Positions 39,478 to 49,347 of a DNA stretch of 64,000 bases are shown here, piece after piece. The position numbers were made by a program, and so were the translations under genes. Positions within the stretch are counted from its first letter, which is position 1; each line of letters opens with the position of its first letter. Origin of the DNA: an uncultured Alphaproteobacteria bacterium (GTDB lineage Bacteria > Pseudomonadota > Alphaproteobacteria > Rs-D84); contig CAMRSV010000002.1 in the NCBI GenBank assembly GCA_947053455.1, positions 11,268 through 75,267 on the forward strand, written 5' to 3'. Below the pieces are notes generated by a model. That model was not told the origin of the DNA. It searched no databases and worked only from the letters and a program-made list of their open reading frames with translations.

Positions 39478-40191
39478 TTAATCCTTGCAACATTTGTGCC
39501 CACCACAACAATCCCCACCGTGGCAACAATGCCCACGCCCACATTCATTAGCCACAAAATACGGATTTTCACGCTTTAACATTTCAATTGTTGAATTCAT
39601 TCCGTGTCCAAACACAACAAATGTATCATCTGGCAAATTCATTTCACGCAAACGCGCAATTGTTGCACGCAGCGCGCACATATCGCCGCCCGGCAAATCG
39701 CACCGGCCGACCGAATCCGCAAATATTGTGTCACCTGCAATTAAAACCTTAAAATCCGGGAAATGAAACATCATGCCGCCCACACTGTGCCCGGGCGCGG
39801 CAACGGCGTGCATCCAAACCCCAGGCAGTATTTCAAATTCACCCGCCGGCAAATCGTTCGGACGCGCCGCCGACACATCAATTGCCGGCAATTCAAAATA
39901 TTCCAGCAGTTCCGCGCCCCACCCTAGCAATAAATTATCACGCGCATTCAAAAACCACGGGATATTATGCGCGGCGGCCAATTCCGGCGCCGCAGAAATA
40001 TGATCCGGATGTCCGTGTGTAGAATATACTGCACGCAGATTAAGTTTCCGTGACACCAATAATTCATTCCATGCGTCCGCACGCCCCCACGCGTCAAATA
40101 TAACTGCATCCGAGCCACATGTCACCAATACGGAATTCGTATTTTCTGGCGCCATGCGCAGCACTTCAAAACTCGGCGAATTATTTTGCAT
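39478..40191 (-). CDS. MBL-fold hydrolase (glyoxalase II-like) with Cys/His-rich tail
   Basis: THGHPDH, PGHS, GDTIF..GRCDL, FGHG. Confidence 0.88.
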   Translation of the reverse strand: MQNNSPSFEVLRMAPENTNSVLVTCGSDAVIFDAWGRADAWNELLVSRKLNLRAVYSTHGHPDHISAAPELAAAHNIPWFLNARDNLLLGWGAELLEYFELPAIDVSAARPNDLPAGEFEILPGVWMHAVAAPGHSVGGMMFHFPDFKVLIAGDTIFADSVGRCDLPGGDMCALRATIARLREMNLPDDTFVVFGHGMNSTIEMLKRENPYFVANECGRGHCCHGGDCCGGHKCCKD

Positions 40192-42130
40192 TTGTTGACT
40201 TTGCTTTCTTTTTTGTTGGCGTATTCTTTTTTATGGCCAAATCTGCCGCCTTTTCTGCGGATGCCTTTTTCTTTGTTTTTCCCAAAACAATTTCACGAAT
40301 CTCGGCCCCGGTCAGGGTTTCACGCGCCAGCAATTCGTTCGCCAGTTTTTCAACCGTAGCCCGGTTGCGGGTCAGCAATCTTTTAGCGTCACTGTACGCG
40401 GCGTCCATCCATGCGCGAATTTCCGCATCGACCATTTCTGCGGTCTTTTCCGATGCGTTTTCCAACGCGCCGCGTGCGCCGAACGTATTGACCTGATTCA
40501 CTGCCGCCAAACCAATTTTTGGCGACAGACCAGCCGTCGTTATCGCATACCGCGCCAGACGCGTCGCCATGGCAATGTCTCCTTCGGCGCCGGTGGTGAT
40601 TTTATCCGCACCAAAGAATATTTCTTCGGACGCGCGTCCCGCCATGTACATGGACAAATTAGCCCGAATTTCTGCAATTGTTAATGAAACCTTGTCATCA
40701 ATCGGCAATTGCTGAACCATGCCGAGCGCCCGCCCACGTGGGATAATCGTCGCCTTGTGTATAGGGTCAGAAACGTCCGCATACATTGTACTAACAAATG
40801 CATGCCCCGCCTCGTGATACGCGGTAAGTTTTATATCCTCTGCACGCATTTTGCGAATTTTACGCGGCCCCATTATGATTTTATCACGCGCCTCCTCTAC
40901 GTCGGCCTGGGCAATTTCCTTGCGACCACCACGCACCGCGTGCAGCGCAGCCTCGTTCAACAGGTTTTCCAAATCTGCCCCTGAAAAACCGGTTGTTCCG
41001 CGCGCCAAATCCTGCATGTTTACATCCGTACCAATTTTTACGCGCTTTGCATACAAATCCAGAATTTCCCGTCGTCCCGACAAGTCCGGCAAATCAATAT
41101 GCACCTGGCGGTCAAATCGACCGGGTCGCAGCAGCGCCGGATCCAGCATATCTGCACGATTTGTCGCACCAATAACAATTATTCCGGTATCATTTGAAAA
41201 GCCGTCCATTTCAATCAACAATTGATTCAATGTTTGTTCACGGTCTTGGTCGTTGTATGAATGTTGACTGCGGCGTTGTCCGATGGCATCAATTTCATCA
41301 ATAAATAATATGCACGGCGCATTACGCTTTGCCATTTCAAATATTTCCTTTATCTTGGCAACGCCTAGTCCCACGATAATTCCCGAAAAATCACTGCCCG
41401 ATGCGGCAAAGAATGGAACATTCGCCTCACCTGCGATGGCACGCGCCAATAGTGTTTTTCCCGTTCCCGGCTGCCCCGACAGCAGGACACCACGCGGAAC
41501 GCGGGCACCAACCGCCTTGAACTTTTCCTTGTTTTTCAGGAAATCCACAATTTCGGCTAATTCCTGTTTTTCAGAATCAATGCCGGCGACATCTTTGAAT
41601 GTTGTTTTTGGCTTTCCGGTGGTGATTTTTGTTGGGTTTTGTTGTGCCAGCCCCCGCGTAATACCGCCCGCACCGCCACGCAGACCGCGGAATATCCACC
41701 ATATAAAGAACACACCCATCAAAATCGGAATCCATGTTCCCAGATAATCAACCCATGATTTAGATGTATCAATTGAAATCTTTGCGCCATTTTCCGCCAA
41801 TTTAGTCAGGCTTGCCGGGTCATACGCAATTGTTGCGGTGTATTTTGTTCCGTCACGCAATGTACCCACTGCATCGTTACCGCGAATTGTCATCGTATCT
41901 ATATCTTTCGCACGGCGCAAAACATCAGAAAACGACAGTTTCATCGGTGCCGATGTGGCGCCGACACCGTCAAAGGCATTTGACATCTGCATATGCACGG
42001 CCGGCGTCGCCACAAATGACCGCGCCAGCATTGCACCAAACATCAGCACAAACAGCAGCAACCAAACCGAACCACCGTCACGTTTTTTCTTGTTATTGAT
42101 ATTATTAAATATTTCTTTTGTTTTTTTCAT
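40181..42130 (-). CDS. ftsH: ATP-dependent zinc metalloprotease FtsH
   Basis: Two TMs, GQPGTGKT, IDEID, RPGRFDR, HEAGH. Confidence 0.96.
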   Translation of the reverse strand: MKKTKEIFNNINNKKKRDGGSVWLLLFVLMFGAMLARSFVATPAVHMQMSNAFDGVGATSAPMKLSFSDVLRRAKDIDTMTIRGNDAVGTLRDGTKYTATIAYDPASLTKLAENGAKISIDTSKSWVDYLGTWIPILMGVFFIWWIFRGLRGGAGGITRGLAQQNPTKITTGKPKTTFKDVAGIDSEKQELAEIVDFLKNKEKFKAVGARVPRGVLLSGQPGTGKTLLARAIAGEANVPFFAASGSDFSGIIVGLGVAKIKEIFEMAKRNAPCILFIDEIDAIGQRRSQHSYNDQDREQTLNQLLIEMDGFSNDTGIIVIGATNRADMLDPALLRPGRFDRQVHIDLPDLSGRREILDLYAKRVKIGTDVNMQDLARGTTGFSGADLENLLNEAALHAVRGGRKEIAQADVEEARDKIIMGPRKIRKMRAEDIKLTAYHEAGHAFVSTMYADVSDPIHKATIIPRGRALGMVQQLPIDDKVSLTIAEIRANLSMYMAGRASEEIFFGADKITTGAEGDIAMATRLARYAITTAGLSPKIGLAAVNQVNTFGARGALENASEKTAEMVDAEIRAWMDAAYSDAKRLLTRNRATVEKLANELLARETLTGAEIREIVLGKTKKKASAEKAADLAIKKNTPTKKKAKSTNAK

Positions 42131-43091
42131 ATCTCTTCCTAAAACTTGTTTTTGCCCCTTCTGGCACAATCAAAATTTTACCGCCCAGACGCCGCACCGT
42201 ACAATGCCCCAACGTAAATTTGCAATCGTGTTGCAATTTATCTAGTGCGATATTTAACGAATTCAAGCGCGGTCTGTACTCATCCCCCCCTATTTTTTGA
42301 ATAAGCGTTCCCAGCAACTTTAGTCTAATATCCATGCCCTGGTCAAACAGAAAAGAATCAGAAAACATTGCATACCCATCATGCATAACATGTGCGACAT
42401 GTTCGTCAATGTCCGTATCAATCGCGTCACGCACCCGCCCCAGATTTTTTATAGCCAGTAATATTCTATCGTCGCTGATTCCTAGCTTTTCAGACAACAT
42501 ATGACGATTTTTACGAATTTTAACACGCGTGTACTTCTCGTCATCATTCATTTCATCGCAAAAATATTTTATGGCGTTATCATCGCAATATTTTTTCAGT
42601 TCTGTGCGCGATACCTCTAATAATGGTCGCACGATTTTCACCCCGTCGCGAAATGTCACCGTCTGCATCGCAGATAGCCCGGCAAGCCCGCTGCCCCGTC
42701 CCAGATTCATCAGAAATGTTTCAATCTGGTCATCGGCCTGATGCGCGACAAAAAGCGCATCTATGTCATTTTCACGGCAAAAATCCGTCATAAATTTATA
42801 TCGTGCGGCACGTGCCGCGGCCTCTAGGCCTGACGACGGCTTTGCGCCGGCCCATTTGAACACATGGCATGGAATCCCCAGTTCCGCACACATATGTTGA
42901 ACATAAGCGGCCTCGGTATCGGCGGCGGGACGCAACCCATGATTTACATGCAATGCAACCACATCCGCCCCAACACGCCCCAACCAGCATAGCAGGCACA
43001 CCGAATCCACACCACCAGATATGGCCACGGCAATTTTCTGGTCGGTGTAATTATGCATAAAATCAACAAACTTTTTATTCATCGTCGCCAT
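42105..43091 (-). CDS. tilS: tRNA(Ile)-lysidine synthetase
   Basis: AISGGVDS, VNHGLR, AHQADDQIET, RPLL; tilS-ftsH synteny. Confidence 0.93.
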   Translation of the reverse strand: MATMNKKFVDFMHNYTDQKIAVAISGGVDSVCLLCWLGRVGADVVALHVNHGLRPAADTEAAYVQHMCAELGIPCHVFKWAGAKPSSGLEAAARAARYKFMTDFCRENDIDALFVAHQADDQIETFLMNLGRGSGLAGLSAMQTVTFRDGVKIVRPLLEVSRTELKKYCDDNAIKYFCDEMNDDEKYTRVKIRKNRHMLSEKLGISDDRILLAIKNLGRVRDAIDTDIDEHVAHVMHDGYAMFSDSFLFDQGMDIRLKLLGTLIQKIGGDEYRPRLNSLNIALDKLQHDCKFTLGHCTVRRLGGKILIVPEGAKTSFRKRYEKNKRNI

Positions 43092-43131
43092 ATTTTATGC
43101 TATAATTCGCAAAAATAAAGGGAAAAAGAAA

Positions 43132-43692
43132 ATGGCGCAAAAATTAAAATCAATCGCGGTATATTGCGGTCATCAATTCGGGAACAAACCGGATTTTGCG
43201 CGTGATGCGGCAAAAATCGGCGAAATGTTGGCAAAAAACGGGATAAAAATGGTTTTTGGCGGTGGCAACGTCGGATTGATGGGTACGGTGGCCAGCGCAG
43301 CATTGGCCAACGGGGGCCACGTGACGGGCATAACAACACATGATGTTGTCGCAAAACAAGAACCCATGCACGACGGCATAGACGAATTTGAAATCGTTGG
43401 CGGCGTAAATGAAAGAAAGCAGAAAATGTTTGAATTATCCGACGGTTTTATAATTCTGCCAGGTGGGACGGGAACCTTAAATGAATTAACCGACATAATG
43501 ACGATGCAGCAAATTGGCGAAACGAAAAAGCCATTGTTCTTTATGAACACAAAAAACTTCTGGGGGCCATTTGCGCGCCTGCTAGTTCATATGAAGCAAT
43601 CCGGATTTTTTGTCCACCCCGAAGATTACAACATGCAGGGCGCCACAACCCCCGAAGAATTAATGGAACTGGTTTTGAACTATCGCGATTAA
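43132..43692 (+). CDS. LOG-family protein (TIGR00730-like)
   Basis: FGGG.VGLMG, ERK, LPGGTGTLNE. Confidence 0.9.
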   Translation: MAQKLKSIAVYCGHQFGNKPDFARDAAKIGEMLAKNGIKMVFGGGNVGLMGTVASAALANGGHVTGITTHDVVAKQEPMHDGIDEFEIVGGVNERKQKMFELSDGFIILPGGTGTLNELTDIMTMQQIGETKKPLFFMNTKNFWGPFARLLVHMKQSGFFVHPEDYNMQGATTPEELMELVLNYRD

Positions 43693-43910
43693 TACTCAAT
43701 AACCTTGTCGCGGGATGTGAGCCCACGAATGATTTTAATGCTGGTTTTCGGTACATCCAAATGCCGAGCCAGCATTTTTATCACCGCCGCATTCGCGTCG
43801 CCATCCGCGGGCGCGGCGGTTGTATAAACGCGCAATGTGCCGTCTGTGGCGCTTTCCACCGCATTGCGACGCGCACGCGGAATAACCCTAATATTTATTC
43901 GCACAGGCAT
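43689..43910 (-). CDS. DUF167/YggU-family protein
   Basis: VIPRA..APADGDAN..GLTSRDK. Confidence 0.85.
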   Translation of the reverse strand: MPVRINIRVIPRARRNAVESATDGTLRVYTTAAPADGDANAAVIKMLARHLDVPKTSIKIIRGLTSRDKVIEY

Positions 43911-44275
43911 TTCACCATTTTACCCAGTTCCACCGTCTTTTCACCAGCCATCAAGTGCATATGGAAATGAAACACAGACTGCTTTATAAACGGGGCATCC
44001 GCACCGGCATTAGCCAACGCGTTAAAATTCGCATCAATCCCTAAAATTTGCGCCGTTTTGGCAAAGCATTCCCAGAATCCGGCCTGGGCAGATGCCGGGG
44101 CATGCGTCGCAAAATCTAAAATGTTTTCATATTCGCCCTTGGGTATAATAAGCGCATGCTTTGAAAACAATGGATTTATATCATGAAAACTTAACGCAAA
44201 ATCGTTTTCATATATTTTATTGCACGGAATTTCACCGCGAATTATTTTTGCAAACACATTTTCTTTGTCATACAT
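43895..44275 (-). CDS. HIT-family hydrolase
   Basis: FAKIIRGEIP, QSVFHFHMH. Confidence 0.9.
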   Translation of the reverse strand: MYDKENVFAKIIRGEIPCNKIYENDFALSFHDINPLFSKHALIIPKGEYENILDFATHAPASAQAGFWECFAKTAQILGIDANFNALANAGADAPFIKQSVFHFHMHLMAGEKTVELGKMVKCLCE

Positions 44276-44389
44276 ATTTATATTCCCCTTGTCCGTATGT
44301 AAAAACAATATTACACTGTGGTTATAAAATCAAGCCTTGAAATGCGCGACCGACGCATTATATTAAACGCAAGAGCCAAGGAGAAACAC

Positions 44390-44674
44390 ATGTTCAAACC
44401 ATTACACAATTATGTATTACTGGAAAGAATCGAAGAAGAAAACAAAACAGCGGGCGGCATCATAATCCCGGACAACGCACGTGAAAAACCATCACGTGGT
44501 CGCGTGGTTGCATGCGGCGACGGCACAACGGAAAACGGCGTTAAAATCCCTATGTCGGTAAAGCCTGACGACACGGTTCTGTTTGCGAAATGGGCATCCA
44601 GTGCAAACGAAGTCAAAATAGACGGCAAAGACTATGTATTGATAAAGGAAACCGATATTTTGGGAATTTTATAA
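44390..44674 (+). CDS. groES: Co-chaperonin GroES
   Basis: KPLHNYV..GGIIIPD..EKP; SD AAGGAG; CTTGAA-type (RpoH-like) -35 upstream. Confidence 0.96.
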   Translation: MFKPLHNYVLLERIEEENKTAGGIIIPDNAREKPSRGRVVACGDGTTENGVKIPMSVKPDDTVLFAKWASSANEVKIDGKDYVLIKETDILGIL

Positions 44675-44698
44675 AATTCAAAAGGAAAGGAATAGAAA

Positions 44699-46318
44699 AT
44701 GGCAAAAGATATTGTTTTTAATACGGACAAACTGGCTGCAGGCGTTGATAAATTGGCCGACGCGGTAAAAATCACCATGGGTCCCAAGGGGCGCACAGTC
44801 GTAATAGACAAGTCATACGGCGCACCCGTCGCAACCAAAGACGGCGTTACCGTGGCCAAGGCGGTATCATTAAAAGACCCGGCCGAAAACATCGGTGCAC
44901 GCATGGTTCAAGAAGTTGCGAAAAAGGCCGGCGACGATGCCGGTGACGGCACCACAACGGCGACCGTTTTGGCACAAAAACTAATCCGCGAAGGGCGCCG
45001 CGTTATCGCCGCGGGTATGAACCCCATGGACATCAAACGCGGAATTGACGTTGCAGTTGCGGCCGTTGTTGATGATATTGACGCGCACGCCCGCCCGGTA
45101 AAAAACAGCGCCGAAATCGCCCAGGTTGCGACGATTTCTGCCAATTCCGATGCAGACATTGGTAAAAAAATTGCCGATGCAATGGAAAAGGTTGGCAAAG
45201 AAGGCGTCATCACCGTTGAAGAGGCCAAGGGATTGGAAACCGAAATTGATGTTGTAGAAGGCATGCAATTCGACCAGGGATTCATGTCGCCCTATTTCGT
45301 GACAAATAGTGAAAAAATGCTGGCCGAGCTGGACGGTGCGCAGATTTTGGTGTCTGAAAAGAAAATCACGGGGTTGCAGGCGTTGCTGCCGATACTGGAA
45401 CCAATTGCGCAATCGGGCCGGCCGCTACTGATTATTGCCGAAGACGTTGAATCCGAGGCATTGGCAACATTGGTCTTGAACCGGTTGCGTGGGGGATTAA
45501 AAGTATGCGCGGTCAAGGCACCGGGCTTTGGCGATAGACGCAAAGAAATGCTGAAAGACATCGCGACGGTCACCGGCGCAACGGTAATATCCGATGATAT
45601 GGGCATGACATTTGAAAATATTTCAATGGATATGCTGGGCACAGCCAAGAAAGTTGTTGTCAGCAAAGATTCAACATTACTGGCGCACGGCGGCGGTGAT
45701 AAAAAGGCGATTGCGGCGCGCGCGGATGAAATTCGCGTGGCGCTATCGAACACAACCAGCGAATACGACCGTGAAAAATTGTCGGAAAGACTGGCCAAAT
45801 TGGTCGGCGGTGTCGCAGTTATAAAGGTTGGCGGCATGACCGAGGTTGAGGTTAAAGAAAAGAAAGACCGCGTTGACGACGCATTGGCGGCAACACGCGC
45901 CGCGGTGGCCAGTGGCATCGTCGCGGGCGGCGGCGTGGCATTGGTTCGCGCGGTCAAGGCACTGGAAAAATTAAAGGGCGAGAACACAGACCAGAATGTC
46001 GGAATTGACATTGTGCGTCGCACGCTTGTTGCGCCATGCGCCCAGATTGCAGAAAACGCGGGCGTATCGGGCGAAATCGTTGTTGGCAAGGTTATGGAAG
46101 CCAAAGATTACAATTTTGGCTATAACGCACAAACCGGCGAATACGTCGACATGATGAAGGCGGGCATTATCGACCCGGCCAAAGTCGTCAAGACCGCAAT
46201 TGCCGCCGCCGCCAGCACGGCGGGCGTAATGCTGACCACAGGATGCGTAATGTCGGAAATTCCCGAAGAAAAACCGGCCACCCCACAAATGCCGGGTGGC
46301 ATGCCGGGCATGATGTAA
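44699..46318 (+). CDS. groEL: Chaperonin GroEL
   Basis: [30 protein letters not shown] tail. Confidence 0.98.
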   Translation: MAKDIVFNTDKLAAGVDKLADAVKITMGPKGRTVVIDKSYGAPVATKDGVTVAKAVSLKDPAENIGARMVQEVAKKAGDDAGDGTTTATVLAQKLIREGRRVIAAGMNPMDIKRGIDVAVAAVVDDIDAHARPVKNSAEIAQVATISANSDADIGKKIADAMEKVGKEGVITVEEAKGLETEIDVVEGMQFDQGFMSPYFVTNSEKMLAELDGAQILVSEKKITGLQALLPILEPIAQSGRPLLIIAEDVESEALATLVLNRLRGGLKVCAVKAPGFGDRRKEMLKDIATVTGATVISDDMGMTFENISMDMLGTAKKVVVSKDSTLLAHGGGDKKAIAARADEIRVALSNTTSEYDREKLSERLAKLVGGVAVIKVGGMTEVEVKEKKDRVDDALAATRAAVASGIVAGGGVALVRAVKALEKLKGENTDQNVGIDIVRRTLVAPCAQIAENAGVSGEIVVGKVMEAKDYNFGYNAQTGEYVDMMKAGIIDPAKVVKTAIAAAASTAGVMLTTGCVMSEIPEEKPATPQMPGGMPGMM

Positions 46319-46364
46319 TATAAATGCCCTATAATTTATACCGCCCCGGATTGGGGCGGTAATA

Positions 46365-46583
46365 TTATTCATTAAAATACGGTGGTAAATGCAATGAACG
46401 ATGCGTTGCCGATATAAAACAAATCAATTGAAATGTACTGGGGGTATATCGACCGCTTATGAACCGTTGATATTCTGCGTCCGTCATACAAAGCGCGGTT
46501 TGCGCAATATGGTCGGGGATGTTTAATTCGTCTTGGATTTGACGGACCTGTTGATATAGTTTTAGCGCAGGTTTTCTTTCCAT
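46365..46583 (-). CDS. Small XRE-like helix-turn-helix protein
   Basis: 72 aa from ATG 46583 (SD GGGGG); VRQIQDELNI..AQTALCMTDAEYQRFISGRYTPS resembles an XRE HTH (inference). Confidence 0.55.
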   Translation of the reverse strand: MERKPALKLYQQVRQIQDELNIPDHIAQTALCMTDAEYQRFISGRYTPSTFQLICFISATHRSLHLPPYFNE

Positions 46584-46613
46584 GCCTAATTTCCCCCATA
46601 TTTTGAAATCAAA

Positions 46614-46823
46614 CAAAAAACCACTAGAAAACTTTCAAGTGGTTGGAGGTTGAGAACTATAATTCTCGGAAAATAGTGCCACTTATTTATATATATCGTG
46701 ACCCTCCAACCTGCTGGTTGGAGATGTTTTTTGTCATCACTGACACCGAAAATTGAGATTCTCATATCTCAAATAGTATACTACTATCACTTGTAATTTT
46801 AACACACAGGAATCAAATTGCAA
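46614..46823 (-). ncRNA. C4/CI-like antisense RNA leader, element C1
   Basis: Promoter TTGCAA-16-TAAAAT; b1 TGAGAA, a1 AATTTTCGG; core GGTTGGAGG..CCTCCAACCA carries CCGAGAATT and TTCTCA; terminator ACCACT/AGTGGT-TTTTT. Confidence 0.75.
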
Positions 46824-46887
46824 ACAATTTATTATCCATTGGATTGCCACGCCACCCGGCGCCCCACAATGACAAATAAAAATCATC

Positions 46888-47086
46888 AAAAAACTTTCAT
46901 GCAGTTGGAGGTTAAGAACTATAATACTCAATAGTGCCTGTTATTCAACATATTCACAGGCCTCCAACCACAAATATGATTGGAAGATTGTTTCGCCATC
47001 TCATGCGTATACGAACAGGTTATGAAGCCTGGTGACAAAACTCTTGTCACTGTTGAATAACATATCACAATTTTATAAAAAATCAA
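46888..47086 (-). ncRNA. C4/CI-like element C2 (non-self-cognate hybrid)
   Basis: Target half matches C3 (CTTCATAA / TTCGTATAC); antisense half is C1-like (TGAGTATT / TTCTTA). Confidence 0.7.
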
Positions 47087-47110
47087 ATATAAAGAATTGA
47101 AAAATTATTT

Positions 47111-47291
47111 AGGTTGGAGCTTCATAACAATCGTATAAATTGCATGACTTATTGGATATTCGTCATACTCCAACCCATATAAAGTTGGAGATGTATCGCC
47201 ATCTCATGCGTATACGAACAGTTTATGAAGACTGGCAAAAGCAACACGCCTTTGCATTAAGTACTATATCCTAATTATTCAGAATTTGCAA
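47111..47291 (-). ncRNA. C4/CI-like element C3
   Basis: Promoter TTGCAA-17-TATAGT; b1 CTTCATAA, a1 TCGTATA; core GGTTGGAG..CTCCAACC carries TATACGA and TTATGAAG. Confidence 0.75.
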
Positions 47292-47309
47292 TAAGTAAAA
47301 ACCAAGGGC

Positions 47310-47340
47310 AAAAAATCCCCGCGACCGCGGGGATTTTTTT
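47310..47340. terminator. Intrinsic terminator after rne
   Basis: AAAAAATCCCCGCG-ACC-GCGGGGATTTTTT. Confidence 0.8.
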
Positions 47341-47347
47341 GTTTTAT

Positions 47348-49141
47348 TTAGCCGATTATTTTCTGCCATATGGTTTTCTTTTTCGGCTGTTTCTTGCGGC
47401 GGCGGCGCGGCGCATTCATTGTTGTTTTTTTCGCATCCGCATGCTGCACATTTTTCTTTTTAACGTCGGTTGACGGTGCATGCGCGGTCAACAATTCTTC
47501 CGTTTTGTTCTGTTCCGGGGCAACACGCTGAATTGAATACTGGTCAATATTCATCAGGCTATCATCACCCACAATTACGATTTCGGTTTCGAACTTGGCC
47601 TCCATTTCTGCCAATTCCGCACGCTTGTGATTTAGCAGATACACCGCCACATCCGTCGGTACGGTCATGATGATTTTCTGCGCGGCCTTGGCCAACAATT
47701 TTTCCTGTAGATGACGGAACATTATTATTGCGGCGGTCTGAATACTGGGCACAACACCCGCCCCCATGCAGTACGGGCACTGAACATAAGACGATTCCAT
47801 AAAACTACTGCGCAGTCTTTGGCGCGACAGCATCAAAACCCCAAAATTATTAATCTTGGCCACCTGGGTGCGTGCACGGTCGCGTTTCATAACCTCGCGC
47901 ATTTTTAGTTCCAGTTTGCGATTGTTGCGTTCTTCCTCCATATCAATAAAGTCAATCGCGACAATACCCGCCAAATCGCGCAGGCGCAGTTGCAGGGCGA
48001 TTTCCTCGGCTGCCTCCAAATTGGTGTTAAGCGCCGTTTGCTCAATATCCTTTTCCTTAATCGCGCGCGATGAATTAACGTCAATTGTAACCATCGCCTC
48101 GGTCTGATTTATAACCAATGAGCCGCCCGACGGCAACTGAACGTATGGACCGTGCAGACCCTCTAACTGCTTTTCAACGCCGGCCTTTACCATTAATGGA
48201 ACGCCTGCATCCTTGTAATTCACCAATTGTTTGCGCGGGGCGCGGCCGTACATTTGCTGAAAATATTGTTTCGCGGCTTCAAACGCCTCTTCGCCCTGGA
48301 TAATTAATACATCATCCTTGTCCGACAGGAAATCGCGCACAACGCGACGCAGAAGCGAATCTTCGGTATGAATAGTTACCGGCGCAACCGATTCCAATGT
48401 GGTCTTGCGAATTTCATTCCACAAATTGACCAAGTAATCATAGTCCGCCGCGATATCCGCCGCCGACGCGCCAAACGCCGCCGTGCGCAGGACAACCGTC
48501 ATTCCCTTTGGAATTTTTAACCCGTGCAGAATTTCACGCAAACGCGCGCGTTCGGGTTTGTCCGAAATCTTTTTGGAAATACCGTAACTGTTACGCTTGC
48601 GGGAATTGGGCATCAATACCGCAAACCGTCCCGCCAATGACAGGTACGTCGTCATGGACGCACCCTTTTGACCGCGTTCTTCCTTCACGCCCTGAACCAG
48701 CAAGATTTGTTTCGGCTTAATAACATCCTGAATTTTGAATTCACGCGCGCGCTTGGCAAATTCCTTGTTGTCTTCGCCGGCACTCTGGTCATCATATTCG
48801 GCGACTTCGTCCCCTTCGTCATCGGGGTCATCATCATCGTCAACGATGTTGGCATGCGCCAATTCCAGTAATTTTTTCTTTTGCTCGGCCGTTACCTGAT
48901 AATATTCGGGGTTGATTTCCGAAAACGGTAAAAATCCGTTCTTGCCCGAACCGTAATCAACAAACGCCGCCTGCAGCGATGGTTCAACACGAATTACTTT
49001 TGCAAGATAAATATTTCCCTTTATCTGGGGCTTGGTCGTGGTTTCAACATCAAAATCAGAAACACGATTTGTTGCGGTATCCACAACAACGACGCGTGTT
49101 TCCTCCGGGTGGACTGCATCCACATAAATTTTCTTTGACAT
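47348..49141 (-). CDS. rne: Ribonuclease E/G family
   Basis: GNIY..VEPSLQAAFVDYG, S1 acidic insert, IDVNS, DLAGIVAIDFIDM, CPYC.G. Confidence 0.93.
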   Translation of the reverse strand: MSKKIYVDAVHPEETRVVVVDTATNRVSDFDVETTTKPQIKGNIYLAKVIRVEPSLQAAFVDYGSGKNGFLPFSEINPEYYQVTAEQKKKLLELAHANIVDDDDDPDDEGDEVAEYDDQSAGEDNKEFAKRAREFKIQDVIKPKQILLVQGVKEERGQKGASMTTYLSLAGRFAVLMPNSRKRNSYGISKKISDKPERARLREILHGLKIPKGMTVVLRTAAFGASAADIAADYDYLVNLWNEIRKTTLESVAPVTIHTEDSLLRRVVRDFLSDKDDVLIIQGEEAFEAAKQYFQQMYGRAPRKQLVNYKDAGVPLMVKAGVEKQLEGLHGPYVQLPSGGSLVINQTEAMVTIDVNSSRAIKEKDIEQTALNTNLEAAEEIALQLRLRDLAGIVAIDFIDMEEERNNRKLELKMREVMKRDRARTQVAKINNFGVLMLSRQRLRSSFMESSYVQCPYCMGAGVVPSIQTAAIIMFRHLQEKLLAKAAQKIIMTVPTDVAVYLLNHKRAELAEMEAKFETEIVIVGDDSLMNIDQYSIQRVAPEQNKTEELLTAHAPSTDVKKKNVQHADAKKTTMNAPRRRRKKQPKKKTIWQKIIG

Positions 49142-49347
49142 TTTGTAATCCTTTGTTTTGTGATGCGTATGCAATGGAAACAACCCGTCCCCGTGGGGCG
49201 TCCAAGCCCATGCCAAGAGAAGGCGCAATGATGATAAACAGCGCGTCGCGGATTATTGAAAAAAGTGATAGTATAAACACCTGTATTAACCCCATGTCAT
49301 ACGACAAGGTTAAGCATAGCACGCCCCACCACGCAAAGGCAAGGTAT

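Noticed and set aside
42284-42290. C7 run in tilS as a phase-variation tract
   Set aside because: Short, in frame (Gly-Gly) and in an essential gene.
45292-46104. Long antisense ORFs opposite groEL, ftsH, ABC genes and others
   Set aside because: Shadow frames of conserved genes caused by codon bias.
46614-47291. CRISPR array interpretation of the recurring GTTGGAG/CTCCAAC words
   Set aside because: Repeats are short, inverted and embedded in ~200-bp structured units. There is no constant repeat-spacer period and no cas gene.
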